From: Candidatus Aegiribacteria sp.
GTDB lineage: Bacteria; Fermentibacterota; Fermentibacteria; Fermentibacterales; JCC-6
Length of the DNA: 64,000 bases
Reading direction: 5' to 3'
Assembly: GCA_021108005.1 (NCBI GenBank)
Contig: JAIORS010000013.1
Span: 24,291-88,290, forward strand
The notes below the pieces were generated by a model, which worked only from the letters and a program-made list of their open reading frames with translations, was not told the DNA's origin and did not search any database. Position 1 is the first letter of the stretch, and the number at the start of each line of letters is the position of its first letter. The position numbers were made by a program, and so were the translations under genes. This document shows, in pieces, positions 1-9,251 of the stretch.

Positions 1-2
1 TG

Positions 3-149
3 GATTATCTGATATTCCAGGTGGAGAATCCGGAAATCCTTCAGTACGGGATAGCATCTCCGGATTCTGTCCTCTGGAAATCAGCTGACCAGTCTGAAAA
101 CAGCATCGTCTTGATTGTGGAGGAATTGCTGCAATCAGGTGTTTTTTAA
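3..149 (+). CDS. 3' end of an unidentified CDS that starts upstream of the window (partial)
   Basis: Frame 3 is open from the window edge to TAA at 147-149 (...SENSIVLIVEELLQSGVF*). No recognisable motif. Absent from the ORF track because no start codon lies in the window. Confidence 0.3.
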   Translation, partial: DYLIFQVENPEILQYGIASPDSVLWKSADQSENSIVLIVEELLQSGVF

Positions 150-265
150 GGAATATTCCCGGAACCTTTGCTGATCTGAAGTGTTACATAAGCATAGCTA
201 AAGGCGACATATAGTTAAATATTTACCGGCCAGATTATTCGTTATCCTCTGACAAGGATGTGAGA

Positions 266-2635
266 ATGAAATACTTTTTTACCATTATATTGCTTACAGT
301 GGCGTTTTCCATTTCTGCGGGAGAAATGACTGTACCGATTCCACTGGATGCTTCCGATATCAACTTCGAGGAACTCGGTATTTACACAAGAATAACCGGC
401 ACAGGGATGAGGCTCATGGGTGCTGAAGGAGAACCGAGTCTTCCCGAGTTCACCGCCAGGATAGCGCTTCCCACCGGATGCGCGGCAACCGGAGTTGAAA
501 TAGTCGATGCGGTATATACGGACATCCGCGGCCGCTTCACTGTAATGCCTGCATCCGCGCCTGTTCCCCTTTCGGTCGAGCAGGAAATATATCCGGTTGA
601 ACCGGATCAGCATATTTACAGTTCAAGCGCAGCGTATCCTCAGAAACCGGTAAGTTTCGAGGGTTCAAGTGTTATTATTGGAATTCCAGTCGCTTACGTG
701 AATGTATTCCCTGTAAGATGGAATCCTGCCAGCAAAACGGTTGAAGTTCTCACAGACCTTACACTGAACGTAACCTACGAGAACAGCCCCGCAGCATCCA
801 CAGTATCCAGAAGAAGCATACAGAGCGAACTGCGCTCACAGGAAATCGTCAGGAACTCCGTTGTGAACCCGGAAGCCGTTTCCGCTTCGGGCGCAGCAAT
901 AGTTGACTCGAAATACCTGGCCTACGGCGAATATGTCATTATCGCAACTCCAGCTTACCAGAGCTACGCACAGAACCTGGCAGATTGGAAAACCTCAAAG
1001 GGTGTCCCAACAAATGTATACACAACCACCTGGATTCAAAGCCAGTACAGTTGCTACGACCTGCAGCAGGAGATCCGCGCGTTCCTTACCGACTGCATTA
1101 CAGAGGGTGTGGAATACGTTCTCATCTATGGAGACGACAATGTAATCGCTGGAAGAGACGCAAGAATCCATTATTACTCTTACACAGAGTACCCCCCCGT
1201 TGACCTCTATTTCGCCGATAACAACGATACAGCTCCCGGTGTTGACCTCTGGGACAGCAACCACAATCACATCTGGGGTGAATACGGTATCGATGATGTT
1301 GACTACCATCCCGACCTCTGGGTTGGAAGAGCAAGCGTTAGCAATAACCTTGACTGCACCTATTTCAACGAGAAAGTTTATGCTTACGAACGTATCTCGG
1401 CCACAGACTATTTTGACTCGGCTCCCATCGAAATGAGAATAGGTTACACAACCGAACTTCTCTGGTCAGATCCTCTTTGCTACGGTTCCGCAGGCGCGGA
1501 GCTGATATCCCCGATGGTACCCTCCTCATCCTGGGAAGAAGAAAAGTGCTACGATTCAGGCAGCAACAACAGTGTAACCATTACAAGAAATATGATTAAC
1601 GCCGGGCCGCATCATCTGTACCACGCGAGTCACGGTTCGCAAACATCCTTCTCTCTGCCAGGTGGAAGCTATACAACCACTCATTTCCTGCAGCAGACCA
1701 ACATTTCCGGTGGCGGACTCCCCGCGATCTGGAACTCCATCTCGTGCCTTATCGGCCAACTTGATGGGTATGAATGCATGGGCGACGCCTGGAATAATTC
1801 ACCAAACGGCGGTGGCTTCGGAGCATTCAACGCAAGGTACGGATGGGGAGATCCAAGCAACCCTGGTTACGGTCCAAGCGAGATTCTCTCAAGGTACTTC
1901 TACGATGTAATGTGGAACGACAACCTTTACAACCTCGGTGTTGCTCACCTGATGGGCAGTGATGAAATGTGCCCCCCTTCCGATGAATGTGATGACTGGT
2001 GCGTTAAGGAATACAACCTCTTCGGAGAACCCGAACTGCCAATGTGGTTCGTTGACGCTCAGAACCTTGATGTCTCTCACATAAGCAGCATCACTCAAGC
2101 AACAACTTTCTCTGTAACAGTAAAATCCGGTGGTTCTCCTGTAAGCGGAGCAAGGGTTTGCATCCAGAAGGGCAACTGGCAGACCGGTGACATTTACACG
2201 GTTGATTCAACGAACGGCAGCGGAGTAGTTACTTTTTTCGTCAATCCATCTTCAACCGGAACTATGTCCGTTGTAGCATGGGCAAGGGACCATATATCCT
2301 ATCAGGGATCTATCAGCGTTGACGGAACCGGACTTGAAGAGGGAAGCTTTCAGGATCACATCAACGCTGTAAGCGCTGTCTACCCCAGCCCCGCCATGAG
2401 CAGCGCCACAATACCCTTCAGTCTTGCCAGCGCAGGTACTGCCAGGGTTGACGTCTACGATCTATCGGGAAGAATCGTAACTACACTTGCGGCCGAAGAG
2501 ATGGCAGCGGGTCAGCACAGTCTTGTCTGGGAATTGAAAGATACCAGTGGAAATGCTGTTCCGTCCGGTGTTTACCATGTAAGGATTGCAACCGCTGACT
2601 GGACAGGCACAACCAACCTGGTTGTAGTCAGATAG
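266..2635 (+). CDS. Peptidase C25 (gingipain-like) cysteine protease with a T9SS/Por C-terminal sorting domain
   Basis: Signal peptide MKYFFTIILLTVAFSISA. His motif YHASHGSQ and Cys motif NSISCLIG are typical of C25. The C-terminal ~80 aa (VYPSPA...ARVDVYDLSGRIV...SGVYHVRI...LVVVR) reads like a T9SS CTD. ATG at 266 follows AAGGA; the track start at 260 is GTG. Confidence 0.8.
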   Translation: MKYFFTIILLTVAFSISAGEMTVPIPLDASDINFEELGIYTRITGTGMRLMGAEGEPSLPEFTARIALPTGCAATGVEIVDAVYTDIRGRFTVMPASAPVPLSVEQEIYPVEPDQHIYSSSAAYPQKPVSFEGSSVIIGIPVAYVNVFPVRWNPASKTVEVLTDLTLNVTYENSPAASTVSRRSIQSELRSQEIVRNSVVNPEAVSASGAAIVDSKYLAYGEYVIIATPAYQSYAQNLADWKTSKGVPTNVYTTTWIQSQYSCYDLQQEIRAFLTDCITEGVEYVLIYGDDNVIAGRDARIHYYSYTEYPPVDLYFADNNDTAPGVDLWDSNHNHIWGEYGIDDVDYHPDLWVGRASVSNNLDCTYFNEKVYAYERISATDYFDSAPIEMRIGYTTELLWSDPLCYGSAGAELISPMVPSSSWEEEKCYDSGSNNSVTITRNMINAGPHHLYHASHGSQTSFSLPGGSYTTTHFLQQTNISGGGLPAIWNSISCLIGQLDGYECMGDAWNNSPNGGGFGAFNARYGWGDPSNPGYGPSEILSRYFYDVMWNDNLYNLGVAHLMGSDEMCPPSDECDDWCVKEYNLFGEPELPMWFVDAQNLDVSHISSITQATTFSVTVKSGGSPVSGARVCIQKGNWQTGDIYTVDSTNGSGVVTFFVNPSSTGTMSVVAWARDHISYQGSISVDGTGLEEGSFQDHINAVSAVYPSPAMSSATIPFSLASAGTARVDVYDLSGRIVTTLAAEEMAAGQHSLVWELKDTSGNAVPSGVYHVRIATADWTGTTNLVVVR

Positions 2636-2637
2636 AT

Positions 2638-3291
2638 TTACTTTTTCCTGAATCCCTCTATAAGCATGCTTATGGTGGCATCTGCTATCTGAGTAACACT
2701 TTGGGACGGTTTCGAATAGCCATTTATTAGAAGCGCATGAAGGCTTATACCGTCTTCACTGGTTCTGATCTGCCCGTCGATCAAAAGAAGAGAGAGCCCA
2801 TGTACAGTCGCCCAGGCAACATTCGCCAGTTCCACAGGATCGTTCTGTTTGAATACTCCCTCTCTCTGACATGTTTCTATTACATCCATAAACTCTGAGA
2901 ACGCTTTCCATGCAGCCTCTCTTAATTCGGGTACACCGGGCTCGGATACTACCTCTCTGCTGAACATCTGTCTGTACCTGGCGGAATTCCTTGTGGCGAA
3001 TTCCAGGTATGCATTCGAAATTGCTTCGAATCGATCGAGAGGTTTTTTCTCGTTGGCGGACTTCTCATGAATGTATACCCTCATCATGTTGAAAGTATCC
3101 TCCGCAACCGCTTTCAGAAGGGATGCTTTATCCGGAAAATGCCTGTACGCAGCGGTTCTTGAGACACCAAGCTTTTTACTCAGCGATCTCATGGTGAGGC
3201 TATCTATACCTTCGTTCTCAAGAATTTCAGAAGTTACTTCTACAAGTCTTGATCTCAGATCTCCGTAGTGATAATTTTTGCGTTTAGTCAT
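2638..3291 (-). CDS. TetR/AcrR family transcriptional regulator
   Basis: N-terminal HTH (LTMRSLSKKLGVSRTAAYRHFPDKASLL). ATG at 3291 is preceded by GGAGGG. The track start at 3339 adds 16 implausible residues. Confidence 0.85.
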   Translation of the reverse strand: MTKRKNYHYGDLRSRLVEVTSEILENEGIDSLTMRSLSKKLGVSRTAAYRHFPDKASLLKAVAEDTFNMMRVYIHEKSANEKKPLDRFEAISNAYLEFATRNSARYRQMFSREVVSEPGVPELREAAWKAFSEFMDVIETCQREGVFKQNDPVELANVAWATVHGLSLLLIDGQIRTSEDGISLHALLINGYSKPSQSVTQIADATISMLIEGFRKK

Positions 3292-3320
3292 GAACCCTCC
3301 TATATTTATTGTAACTACAG

Positions 3321-3339
3321 ATGTTGACTTTGTCAACAT
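3321..3339. promoter_or_regulatory. Perfect 19-bp palindrome ATGTTGAC-TTT-GTCAACAT, candidate TetR operator 1
   Basis: Read directly in the 103-bp divergent intergenic region between the TetR gene and the NMO/FabK-like gene. Confidence 0.6.
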
Positions 3340-3347
3340 TGTCCATT

Positions 3348-3366
3348 ATGTTGACGTCGTCAACAT
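3348..3366. promoter_or_regulatory. Perfect 19-bp palindrome ATGTTGAC-GTC-GTCAACAT, candidate TetR operator 2
   Basis: Same 8-bp half-sites as operator 1, 27 bp further right, about 30 nt upstream of the ATG at 3395. Confidence 0.6.
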
Positions 3367-3394
3367 TGAACAGGATATCCGAAAGAAGGAAAGA

Positions 3395-4519
3395 ATGAGT
3401 TCAAAGGGAATCCCAGAACTAATAATAGGACAATATAGAGCAAGTGTACCTATAATACAGGGTGGAATGGGATTAGGAATATCACTCGCGGGTCTTGCAA
3501 CAGCGGTAGCTGAACAGGGTGCGATTGGAATTATCTCCACCGTAGGTATAGGAAGACAGGAACCGAATTACCAGAAAAATCTGAAGGAAGCCGACAGGCG
3601 TGCTCTGGTAAAGGAGATCCGTAAGGCAAAAAACTCAACAAACGGCATTATAGGTGTTAATATCATGATGGCCCTTTCCAATTACGAAGACCATCTGAAG
3701 ACATCACTGGAAGAAGAGATCGACATTGTGATTATCGGAGCGGGTCTTCCCATGAGACTCCCTTCCTCTGTTCCCGAGAAAATTCTGCGGGAAGGACCTA
3801 CCAGGTTCTTACCAAAGATTTCATCAGCCCGGGCTACGAGCTTACTATTGAAATACTGGGATCGTAATTACGAATACATCCCTGATGGAATAGTCGTTGA
3901 AGGCTCCCTTGCTGGAGGACACCTGGGATTCTCCAGAACCGACATTGAAAATAACAGTATCTCTCTTGAAAGCATTCTGCAGGGTGTTCTTGAAGCGATA
4001 AAACCTTTTGAGGATAAGTACGGCAGGAGTATTCCCGTGATCGCAGCCGGAGGAATCTATACGGGGAAAGATATATACGAAATCATGTCAACAGGTGTTA
4101 AAGGCGTAAAAATGGGAACCCGCTTCGTGGCAACCTACGAATGCGATGCCCACGAAAATTTCAAGCAGGCATATATCGACTGCAAAGAGGAAGACATTGT
4201 AATAATCGACAGCCCTGTGGGTCTTCCCGGAAGAGCCATCATCAGTGAACTTCTTCGAGATGTACAGAAAGGCATACGTAAACCTTTCGAATGCCCATGG
4301 AAATGTCTCAGAACATGTGACTTCCTGACTGCGCCATACTGCATAGCAAAGGCTCTTATGAACGCCAAAGAAGGAAACCTCATTGACGGATATGCCTTTG
4401 CCGGAGCAAACGCCTTCAGAATTGACAGGCTCATGTCGGTGAGTCAGCTGATTTCTTTACTTATGGATGAATTCAATGCAGCCAGTTTGAAACATTCGCT
4501 TGTTCAAGCGTACATATAA
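3395..4519 (+). CDS. Nitronate monooxygenase / FabK-like FMN-dependent oxidoreductase
   Basis: The PIIQGGMGLGIS...AVAEQGAIGIIS motif and the AGGI...KMGTRF TIM-barrel signature fit the NMO/enoyl-ACP reductase II family. ATG at 3395 follows a GAAAGAAGGAAAG purine tract. The track start at 3278 overlaps the operators. Confidence 0.8.
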   Translation: MSSKGIPELIIGQYRASVPIIQGGMGLGISLAGLATAVAEQGAIGIISTVGIGRQEPNYQKNLKEADRRALVKEIRKAKNSTNGIIGVNIMMALSNYEDHLKTSLEEEIDIVIIGAGLPMRLPSSVPEKILREGPTRFLPKISSARATSLLLKYWDRNYEYIPDGIVVEGSLAGGHLGFSRTDIENNSISLESILQGVLEAIKPFEDKYGRSIPVIAAGGIYTGKDIYEIMSTGVKGVKMGTRFVATYECDAHENFKQAYIDCKEEDIVIIDSPVGLPGRAIISELLRDVQKGIRKPFECPWKCLRTCDFLTAPYCIAKALMNAKEGNLIDGYAFAGANAFRIDRLMSVSQLISLLMDEFNAASLKHSLVQAYI

Positions 4520-4642
4520 ACCGAGATAACTGATCCTTATAACTCTGAGCTGGAACTTTCATTCAGTCCGCTTTATAAAAGCAATCAGATTCAGTATTTA
4601 GTTAATTTCGTATTTTCGAAAATAGGAGCAAAGGAGACTGTA

Positions 4643-5806
4643 ATGAAAAACATTCATGCTGTATCAGCGGTGATTATTTCTCTAGCCCTTACAGTAATGA
4701 CTGTTTCAGGATGCGGTGAGGATACTGAACCGGAAACACCAGATGACATTTCGGCCCCGGAGACTCTTGATACTCTGACCGTTGCGGTTACTGATACTAT
4801 TGGAATCGAAATGGGTGACAGCTCTTACGTTTTCGGTATGCTGATGGAGGTCGCTCATGGTTCTGCCGGAGAAATCATCGCTCTGGATATGAACAGGTCA
4901 TGCATTTCAATCTTCTCTCCCGAGGGTGAATTCATCGGATCAATCGGTTCACCGGGACCGGGACCCGGAGAATTTCTGATACCCATGGATTTTGCGGTCA
5001 TGTCCGATGGAGGTGTTGCGGTTTCTGATGCTATTGCTCGAAATATTTCCTTCTTCGATAACGAAGGTACTTTCCAAAAAACACTTGATGGCTTCTTCCC
5101 GACACCGCCCATGTCAATAGAAGGTTGCCCGGACGGAGGCTTTATCGGTCAAAGCATGTCTATGGTGATGTCCGGAGAAACCATGGATGCTTCAATGCAG
5201 CTGTGCAAGTACACCGACAGCATCGAAGCAGATCTTACGTTCTTCTCAAAACCGATAGAAATGGACTTCTCGGGCGGGGACCACTCTTCGTTTCAAAGGG
5301 GTCCGGAGTTCGATTTCGCAGTTGGTCCGGATGGAAGCGTTTTCGTGGCCGAGATATCCGATACGCTCTTCGCGGTAAGCGGCTACTCCCCGGATGGAGA
5401 GGAATTCTTCACCCTTATGGAAGAGAGGGAAAGAATACCCTTAACTCAGGAGGAGATAGATGCCGGATCACTTACCATGTCCATCATGGTAACCGATGGC
5501 GAGGCTTCCGCCGGTATGGACAGAGTTGAAAATGTATACCCATGGAGAAACGTTATAGCTTCTATTGGTATAGACGCGGAAAAAAGGATATGGGTTGAGA
5601 TGGCAGGTACGGATGCACCGGTATTCAGAGTGTACGACTATTCCGGCACTCCTCTTTTCGTGGCTGTAACAGACGTTGAATTCACTCCAGTAACGCGTCC
5701 TTCGTTTATGATAGACGCGGGTGGAATACTGGCTTTTGACAGTGACCCTATGGATTATCCCAAAATTTACAGTTTCCAGATTCCGGGTGCCGGGCCTGAT
5801 AACTAA
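4643..5806 (+). CDS. Lipoprotein, NHL-like beta-propeller repeats (hypothetical)
   Basis: Lipobox LTVMTVSGC. Repeated segments of the type ...DGGVAVSD...ISFFDNEGTF... resemble NHL/six-bladed propeller repeats. Confidence 0.55.
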   Translation: MKNIHAVSAVIISLALTVMTVSGCGEDTEPETPDDISAPETLDTLTVAVTDTIGIEMGDSSYVFGMLMEVAHGSAGEIIALDMNRSCISIFSPEGEFIGSIGSPGPGPGEFLIPMDFAVMSDGGVAVSDAIARNISFFDNEGTFQKTLDGFFPTPPMSIEGCPDGGFIGQSMSMVMSGETMDASMQLCKYTDSIEADLTFFSKPIEMDFSGGDHSSFQRGPEFDFAVGPDGSVFVAEISDTLFAVSGYSPDGEEFFTLMEERERIPLTQEEIDAGSLTMSIMVTDGEASAGMDRVENVYPWRNVIASIGIDAEKRIWVEMAGTDAPVFRVYDYSGTPLFVAVTDVEFTPVTRPSFMIDAGGILAFDSDPMDYPKIYSFQIPGAGPDN

Positions 5807-5821
5807 TATTCCGGCACCATT

Positions 5822-6157
5822 CTATTTTGGAATTGAACAGAGGAATTCCAGGGGTTCACTGCCTGTGTTCTCGAAGTTGTGCTCCTCATCTGGCAGAACA
5901 AGCACCGCTGTTCCGAAGGCGAGTTTATAACTGCTCTCCCCCAGATGGACTTTACCTGTCCCGGACAGTATGTAGACTTCATGCTCCCAGGGATGTGTAT
6001 GGCATGGCGTGTGACCACCCGGTTCAATTGTAAATTGCCGCATAATGAAGTTCGGAGCACCGTCGGCCTCCGAGATAAGCACTCGCTTTTTTACACCCTT
6101 CGCATTCTCAATATTTACATCTTCAGCTTCTACATTTGTATATTTGCGAACTACCAT
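5822..6157 (-). CDS. Cupin domain protein
   Basis: Cupin motifs GGHTPCHTHPWEHEVYILSGTG and a second beta-strand motif. 111 aa. Confidence 0.75.
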   Translation of the reverse strand: MVVRKYTNVEAEDVNIENAKGVKKRVLISEADGAPNFIMRQFTIEPGGHTPCHTHPWEHEVYILSGTGKVHLGESSYKLAFGTAVLVLPDEEHNFENTGSEPLEFLCSIPK

Positions 6158-6201
6158 GATGTACCTCCAGTTCTCTCCAGCTTAGTGCCTGCGCTGTTTT
6201 T

Positions 6202-6402
6202 TCAACCACATGATGATATCTCTTTAACTCTTCCCACAATTCCATTCTCCAGCCGAACCTTAATGCCATGAGGATGCTTCGATGATCTTGTCAGAATGTC
6301 CTTAACAATCCCTTCGGTCAATTCACCGGAACGCTGGTTAACCTTGGTGACAAGCTTAACCACTATGCCTGGTTTGATATCTGCTCTACAGGGAAGCATC
6401 AA
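6202..6402 (-). CDS. ywbE: YwbE-family small protein (DUF2196)
   Basis: KPGIVVKLVTKVNQRSGELTEGIVKDILT...HPHGIKVRLENGIVGRVKEI matches my recollection of the YwbE family. Confidence 0.65.
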   Translation of the reverse strand: MMLPCRADIKPGIVVKLVTKVNQRSGELTEGIVKDILTRSSKHPHGIKVRLENGIVGRVKEISSCG

Positions 6403-6436
6403 TCGTTCATCGCTTTCCGAATCGTATGGATACCAT

Positions 6437-6643
6437 TTAAAACAGACATCTGAGTATCAGCAGAATACCAATTAAAATAAGGGGCACTCCAGCAATTGCT
6501 CCGATAACTGTTATACAGAGTACCACTCCAAGAACTACGAACACTGTGCCGATAATCCCGGCAACAAGCCTTCCCGTAAGCACAAGTATCCCGGTGACCA
6601 GCTTCCAGATGAGAGTAAAGGGCTGCATAACGGGAGCTGTCAT
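6437..6643 (-). CDS. Small two-TM membrane protein (hypothetical)
   Basis: 68 aa, almost entirely hydrophobic. Its ATG overlaps the leuS stop as ATGA, which suggests coupled translation. Confidence 0.5.
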   Translation of the reverse strand: MTAPVMQPFTLIWKLVTGILVLTGRLVAGIIGTVFVVLGVVLCITVIGAIAGVPLILIGILLILRCLF

Positions 6644-9099
6644 GGTATAACGTTAACGAGTTTGCCGGGTACGACTATTACCCTTCTTGGTTCTTTGTCC
6701 CCCAGCATCTCTTCTATCCTGTCCAGCGACAGAGCTTTTTTCTCGATCTCATCGGTACTGGCGTTTGTGGCTATTCTAATCCTGCCGCGGATCTTTCCCC
6801 TGACCTGAACGACTATTTCAACGGTGTCCAGAATAAGATCATCTTCATCCCATGATGGCCATTCCCATCTGAAAACCGTATCTCCAGGGAAGTTCATCCG
6901 CTCCCATAGTTCATCGGAGATGAAGGGTGTCATGGGAGCCATGAGTACAAGCAGTTTCCGGATTGAGTCCCTCCAGAATTCGCCTGCAGTTCCGGCTCTC
7001 TCCCTGTTTGCAGAAAGAAAATTCACAAACTCCATCATAGCGGCAACTGCCGTATTGAAAGCAAAGGAATCTATATCCTCGGTAACCTTCTTCACTGTCC
7101 TTGCAGTGTTGTAACGAAGTTCTGTAATAAAATCGTCATCCTGCTCCGTTGGAACAGGTTCAGCCGTTTCATGAACCACCGACCATACCCTCCTGAGAAA
7201 CCTGTAGGTGCCGGCTATACCCTTCTCACTCCAATCCAGTTCCGCTTCGAATGGTCCCATGAAAAGGATATAAAGCCGCAAAGCGTCAGCGCCGTACTTC
7301 TCTACCATCTCATCCGGAGTCACGATATTTCCCTTTGATTTAGACATTTTCTGCCCATCGCCTCCGAGTATCATTCCCTGATTCTTCAGCACTGAGAATG
7401 GCTCAGCAAAATCAAGCATACCTTCATCGTACATGACCTTTGTCCAGAATCTGGCATAGATAAGGTGCATTACAGCATGCTCCGCGCCACCTACATAAAG
7501 GTCCACAGGGAGCCAGTATTTCACCGCTTCCGGATCGAAGGGCCTATCGGATTCATGCGGGGAGGCAAATCTGAGGAAATACCACGATGAGCAAACGAAA
7601 CCTGCCATCGTATCGGTGTCACGTCTGGCTGGGCCTCCACATTCAGGGCATGAAGTATTCACCCATTCCTCTGCCCTTGCCAGAGGTGAACGACCCGAAT
7701 CATCCGGCTCGAAGTTATCCATTTCGGGGAGAATTACCGGAAGATTCCTGTCCGGTACGGTTCCGCATTTCTCGCAGTGTATTATCGGTATCGGGGCTCC
7801 CCAGTACCGCTGTCTTGAAACCAGCCAGTCCCTTATCTTGTAACGGACATCCGGTTTCCCTATTCCATTCTCAATGGCATATTCAGCCATCTTTTCCCTG
7901 GCTTCATCGGAATCCATGCCGGTAAAGGACCCGCTGTTAATGAGCTGTCCGTCCGCGACAGTAGCCGCATCTGAAACCCCCTGTGGTACGCCTTCGGGAG
8001 TTATAACCTCAACAATTGGTATGCCGAATTTTGTAGCGAATGCATGATCCCTTTCATCATGGGCTGGCACAGCCATTATAGCAGCTGTCCCATAACCCGC
8101 CAGAACATAATCGGCGACATACAGCGGAATCTCTTCACCGTTGTATGGGTTTACAGCGAAGCAGCCGGTAAACACACCGGTTTTATCTTTATCCGCTGAC
8201 GTAGTCCTCTCGAGGTCGCTCTTTGTCCTGGCTTTTTTCACATAATCAAGGACTTCATCATGTTTCTCTAACGTAACCAGTTTCTCGATACCCGTATACT
8301 CGGGAGCAAGAACACAGAATGTAGCACCGAAGATAGTATCAAGCCTGGTGGTATATACCGGAAGGCCTGATTCAAAGTCTGTTTCAGGATTAACCGCCTT
8401 GAAAAGAACCTCGGCTCCCTCGGATCTTCCTATCCAGTTTCTCTGCATGGCTTTGATCCCCTCGGGCCAGTCGAGACCTTCAAGGTCGTGAAGCAGTCTG
8501 TCGGCATACTTGGTAATCCTGAAGAACCACTGCTTCAGTTTCTTTCTGGTAACCTCACCTCCGCAGCGCCAGCAGATACCGCCTGCTGCCTCTTCATTGG
8601 AAAGGACTATCCTGCATGCGGGACACCACATCTGATCCTTCTCGGTCTGATAGGCAAGCCCCCTGTCAAAGAGGAGATTGAAAAAGTACTGGGTCCACCT
8701 GTAGTAGCCGGGATCGCTTGAGTTGATCTCCCTTTTCCAGTCGTAACTGGCTTCTATGAGTTTAAACTGTCTGCGGTATGTGTCCGAGTTGATTCTGGTC
8801 ACTTCAGCGGGGTGTGTACCTGTTTTAATGGCGTACTCCTCCGCCGGCTGGCCAAAGGCATCCCAACCCATAGGATGCAATACGTTGAATCCGTCCATCC
8901 GTTTCTTACGGCATATGACATCTGTGGGGATGTAATTCTTGCAATGGCCAACAGAAAGACCAGCACCAGAGGGATAGGGAAAATAGTCAAGACAATAGAA
9001 GGGTTCTCTGTCATGTTCCGTACCGGTTCTGTAAAGTCCCATCCTGTCCCAGACAGGCTTCCATTTTTCTTCAAGTTTTCTAAAATCGTAGGGATCCAA
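6640..9099 (-). CDS. leuS: Leucine--tRNA ligase
   Basis: 819 aa with the class I signature KMSKS (GQKMSKSKGN), an HxGH-type region (SVGHCKNY) and a CP1 editing domain. TTG start at 9099 lies 7 nt after GGAGG. Confidence 0.97.
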   Translation of the reverse strand: MDPYDFRKLEEKWKPVWDRMGLYRTGTEHDREPFYCLDYFPYPSGAGLSVGHCKNYIPTDVICRKKRMDGFNVLHPMGWDAFGQPAEEYAIKTGTHPAEVTRINSDTYRRQFKLIEASYDWKREINSSDPGYYRWTQYFFNLLFDRGLAYQTEKDQMWCPACRIVLSNEEAAGGICWRCGGEVTRKKLKQWFFRITKYADRLLHDLEGLDWPEGIKAMQRNWIGRSEGAEVLFKAVNPETDFESGLPVYTTRLDTIFGATFCVLAPEYTGIEKLVTLEKHDEVLDYVKKARTKSDLERTTSADKDKTGVFTGCFAVNPYNGEEIPLYVADYVLAGYGTAAIMAVPAHDERDHAFATKFGIPIVEVITPEGVPQGVSDAATVADGQLINSGSFTGMDSDEAREKMAEYAIENGIGKPDVRYKIRDWLVSRQRYWGAPIPIIHCEKCGTVPDRNLPVILPEMDNFEPDDSGRSPLARAEEWVNTSCPECGGPARRDTDTMAGFVCSSWYFLRFASPHESDRPFDPEAVKYWLPVDLYVGGAEHAVMHLIYARFWTKVMYDEGMLDFAEPFSVLKNQGMILGGDGQKMSKSKGNIVTPDEMVEKYGADALRLYILFMGPFEAELDWSEKGIAGTYRFLRRVWSVVHETAEPVPTEQDDDFITELRYNTARTVKKVTEDIDSFAFNTAVAAMMEFVNFLSANRERAGTAGEFWRDSIRKLLVLMAPMTPFISDELWERMNFPGDTVFRWEWPSWDEDDLILDTVEIVVQVRGKIRGRIRIATNASTDEIEKKALSLDRIEEMLGDKEPRRVIVVPGKLVNVIP

Positions 9100-9160
9100 G
9101 GTTATTCCTCCAGATGATATTCATCAATTAATTGATAATACGAATCGGTAGTATGAGCAG

Positions 9161-9197
9161 AAAAGAGGTTGAGGTAAAGTATAGGCAACCCTCTCTT
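9161..9197 (-). terminator. Possible intrinsic terminator after the PAS-protein gene
   Basis: Minus strand: AGAGGGTTG...CAACCTCT stem (one bulge) followed by TTTTCT. Large loop, so only moderate confidence. Confidence 0.4.
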
Positions 9198-9251
9198 GAA
9201 GTAAATTCCGGATGAGTTGCCAAAGCAAAGCAGACGATTCAATTATCGATG

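Noticed and set aside
3278-3394. Longer N-terminal extensions proposed by the ORF track for several genes: 3278 for the NMO-like gene, 3339 for TetR, 13729 for the OMP, 13734 for ndk, 44823 and 46211 in the glgA region, 58618, and 62020.
   Set aside because: The extensions lack family homology and overlap operators or upstream genes. Internal ATG/GTG codons with good RBS spacing give the canonical N-termini.
9100-9251. T-box leader upstream of leuS.
   Set aside because: The region is only about 150 nt. It lacks the conserved T-box sequence (AATTAGGGTGGTACCGCG-like) and shows no specifier-loop architecture. The visible hairpin is better explained as the terminator of the upstream PAS gene.
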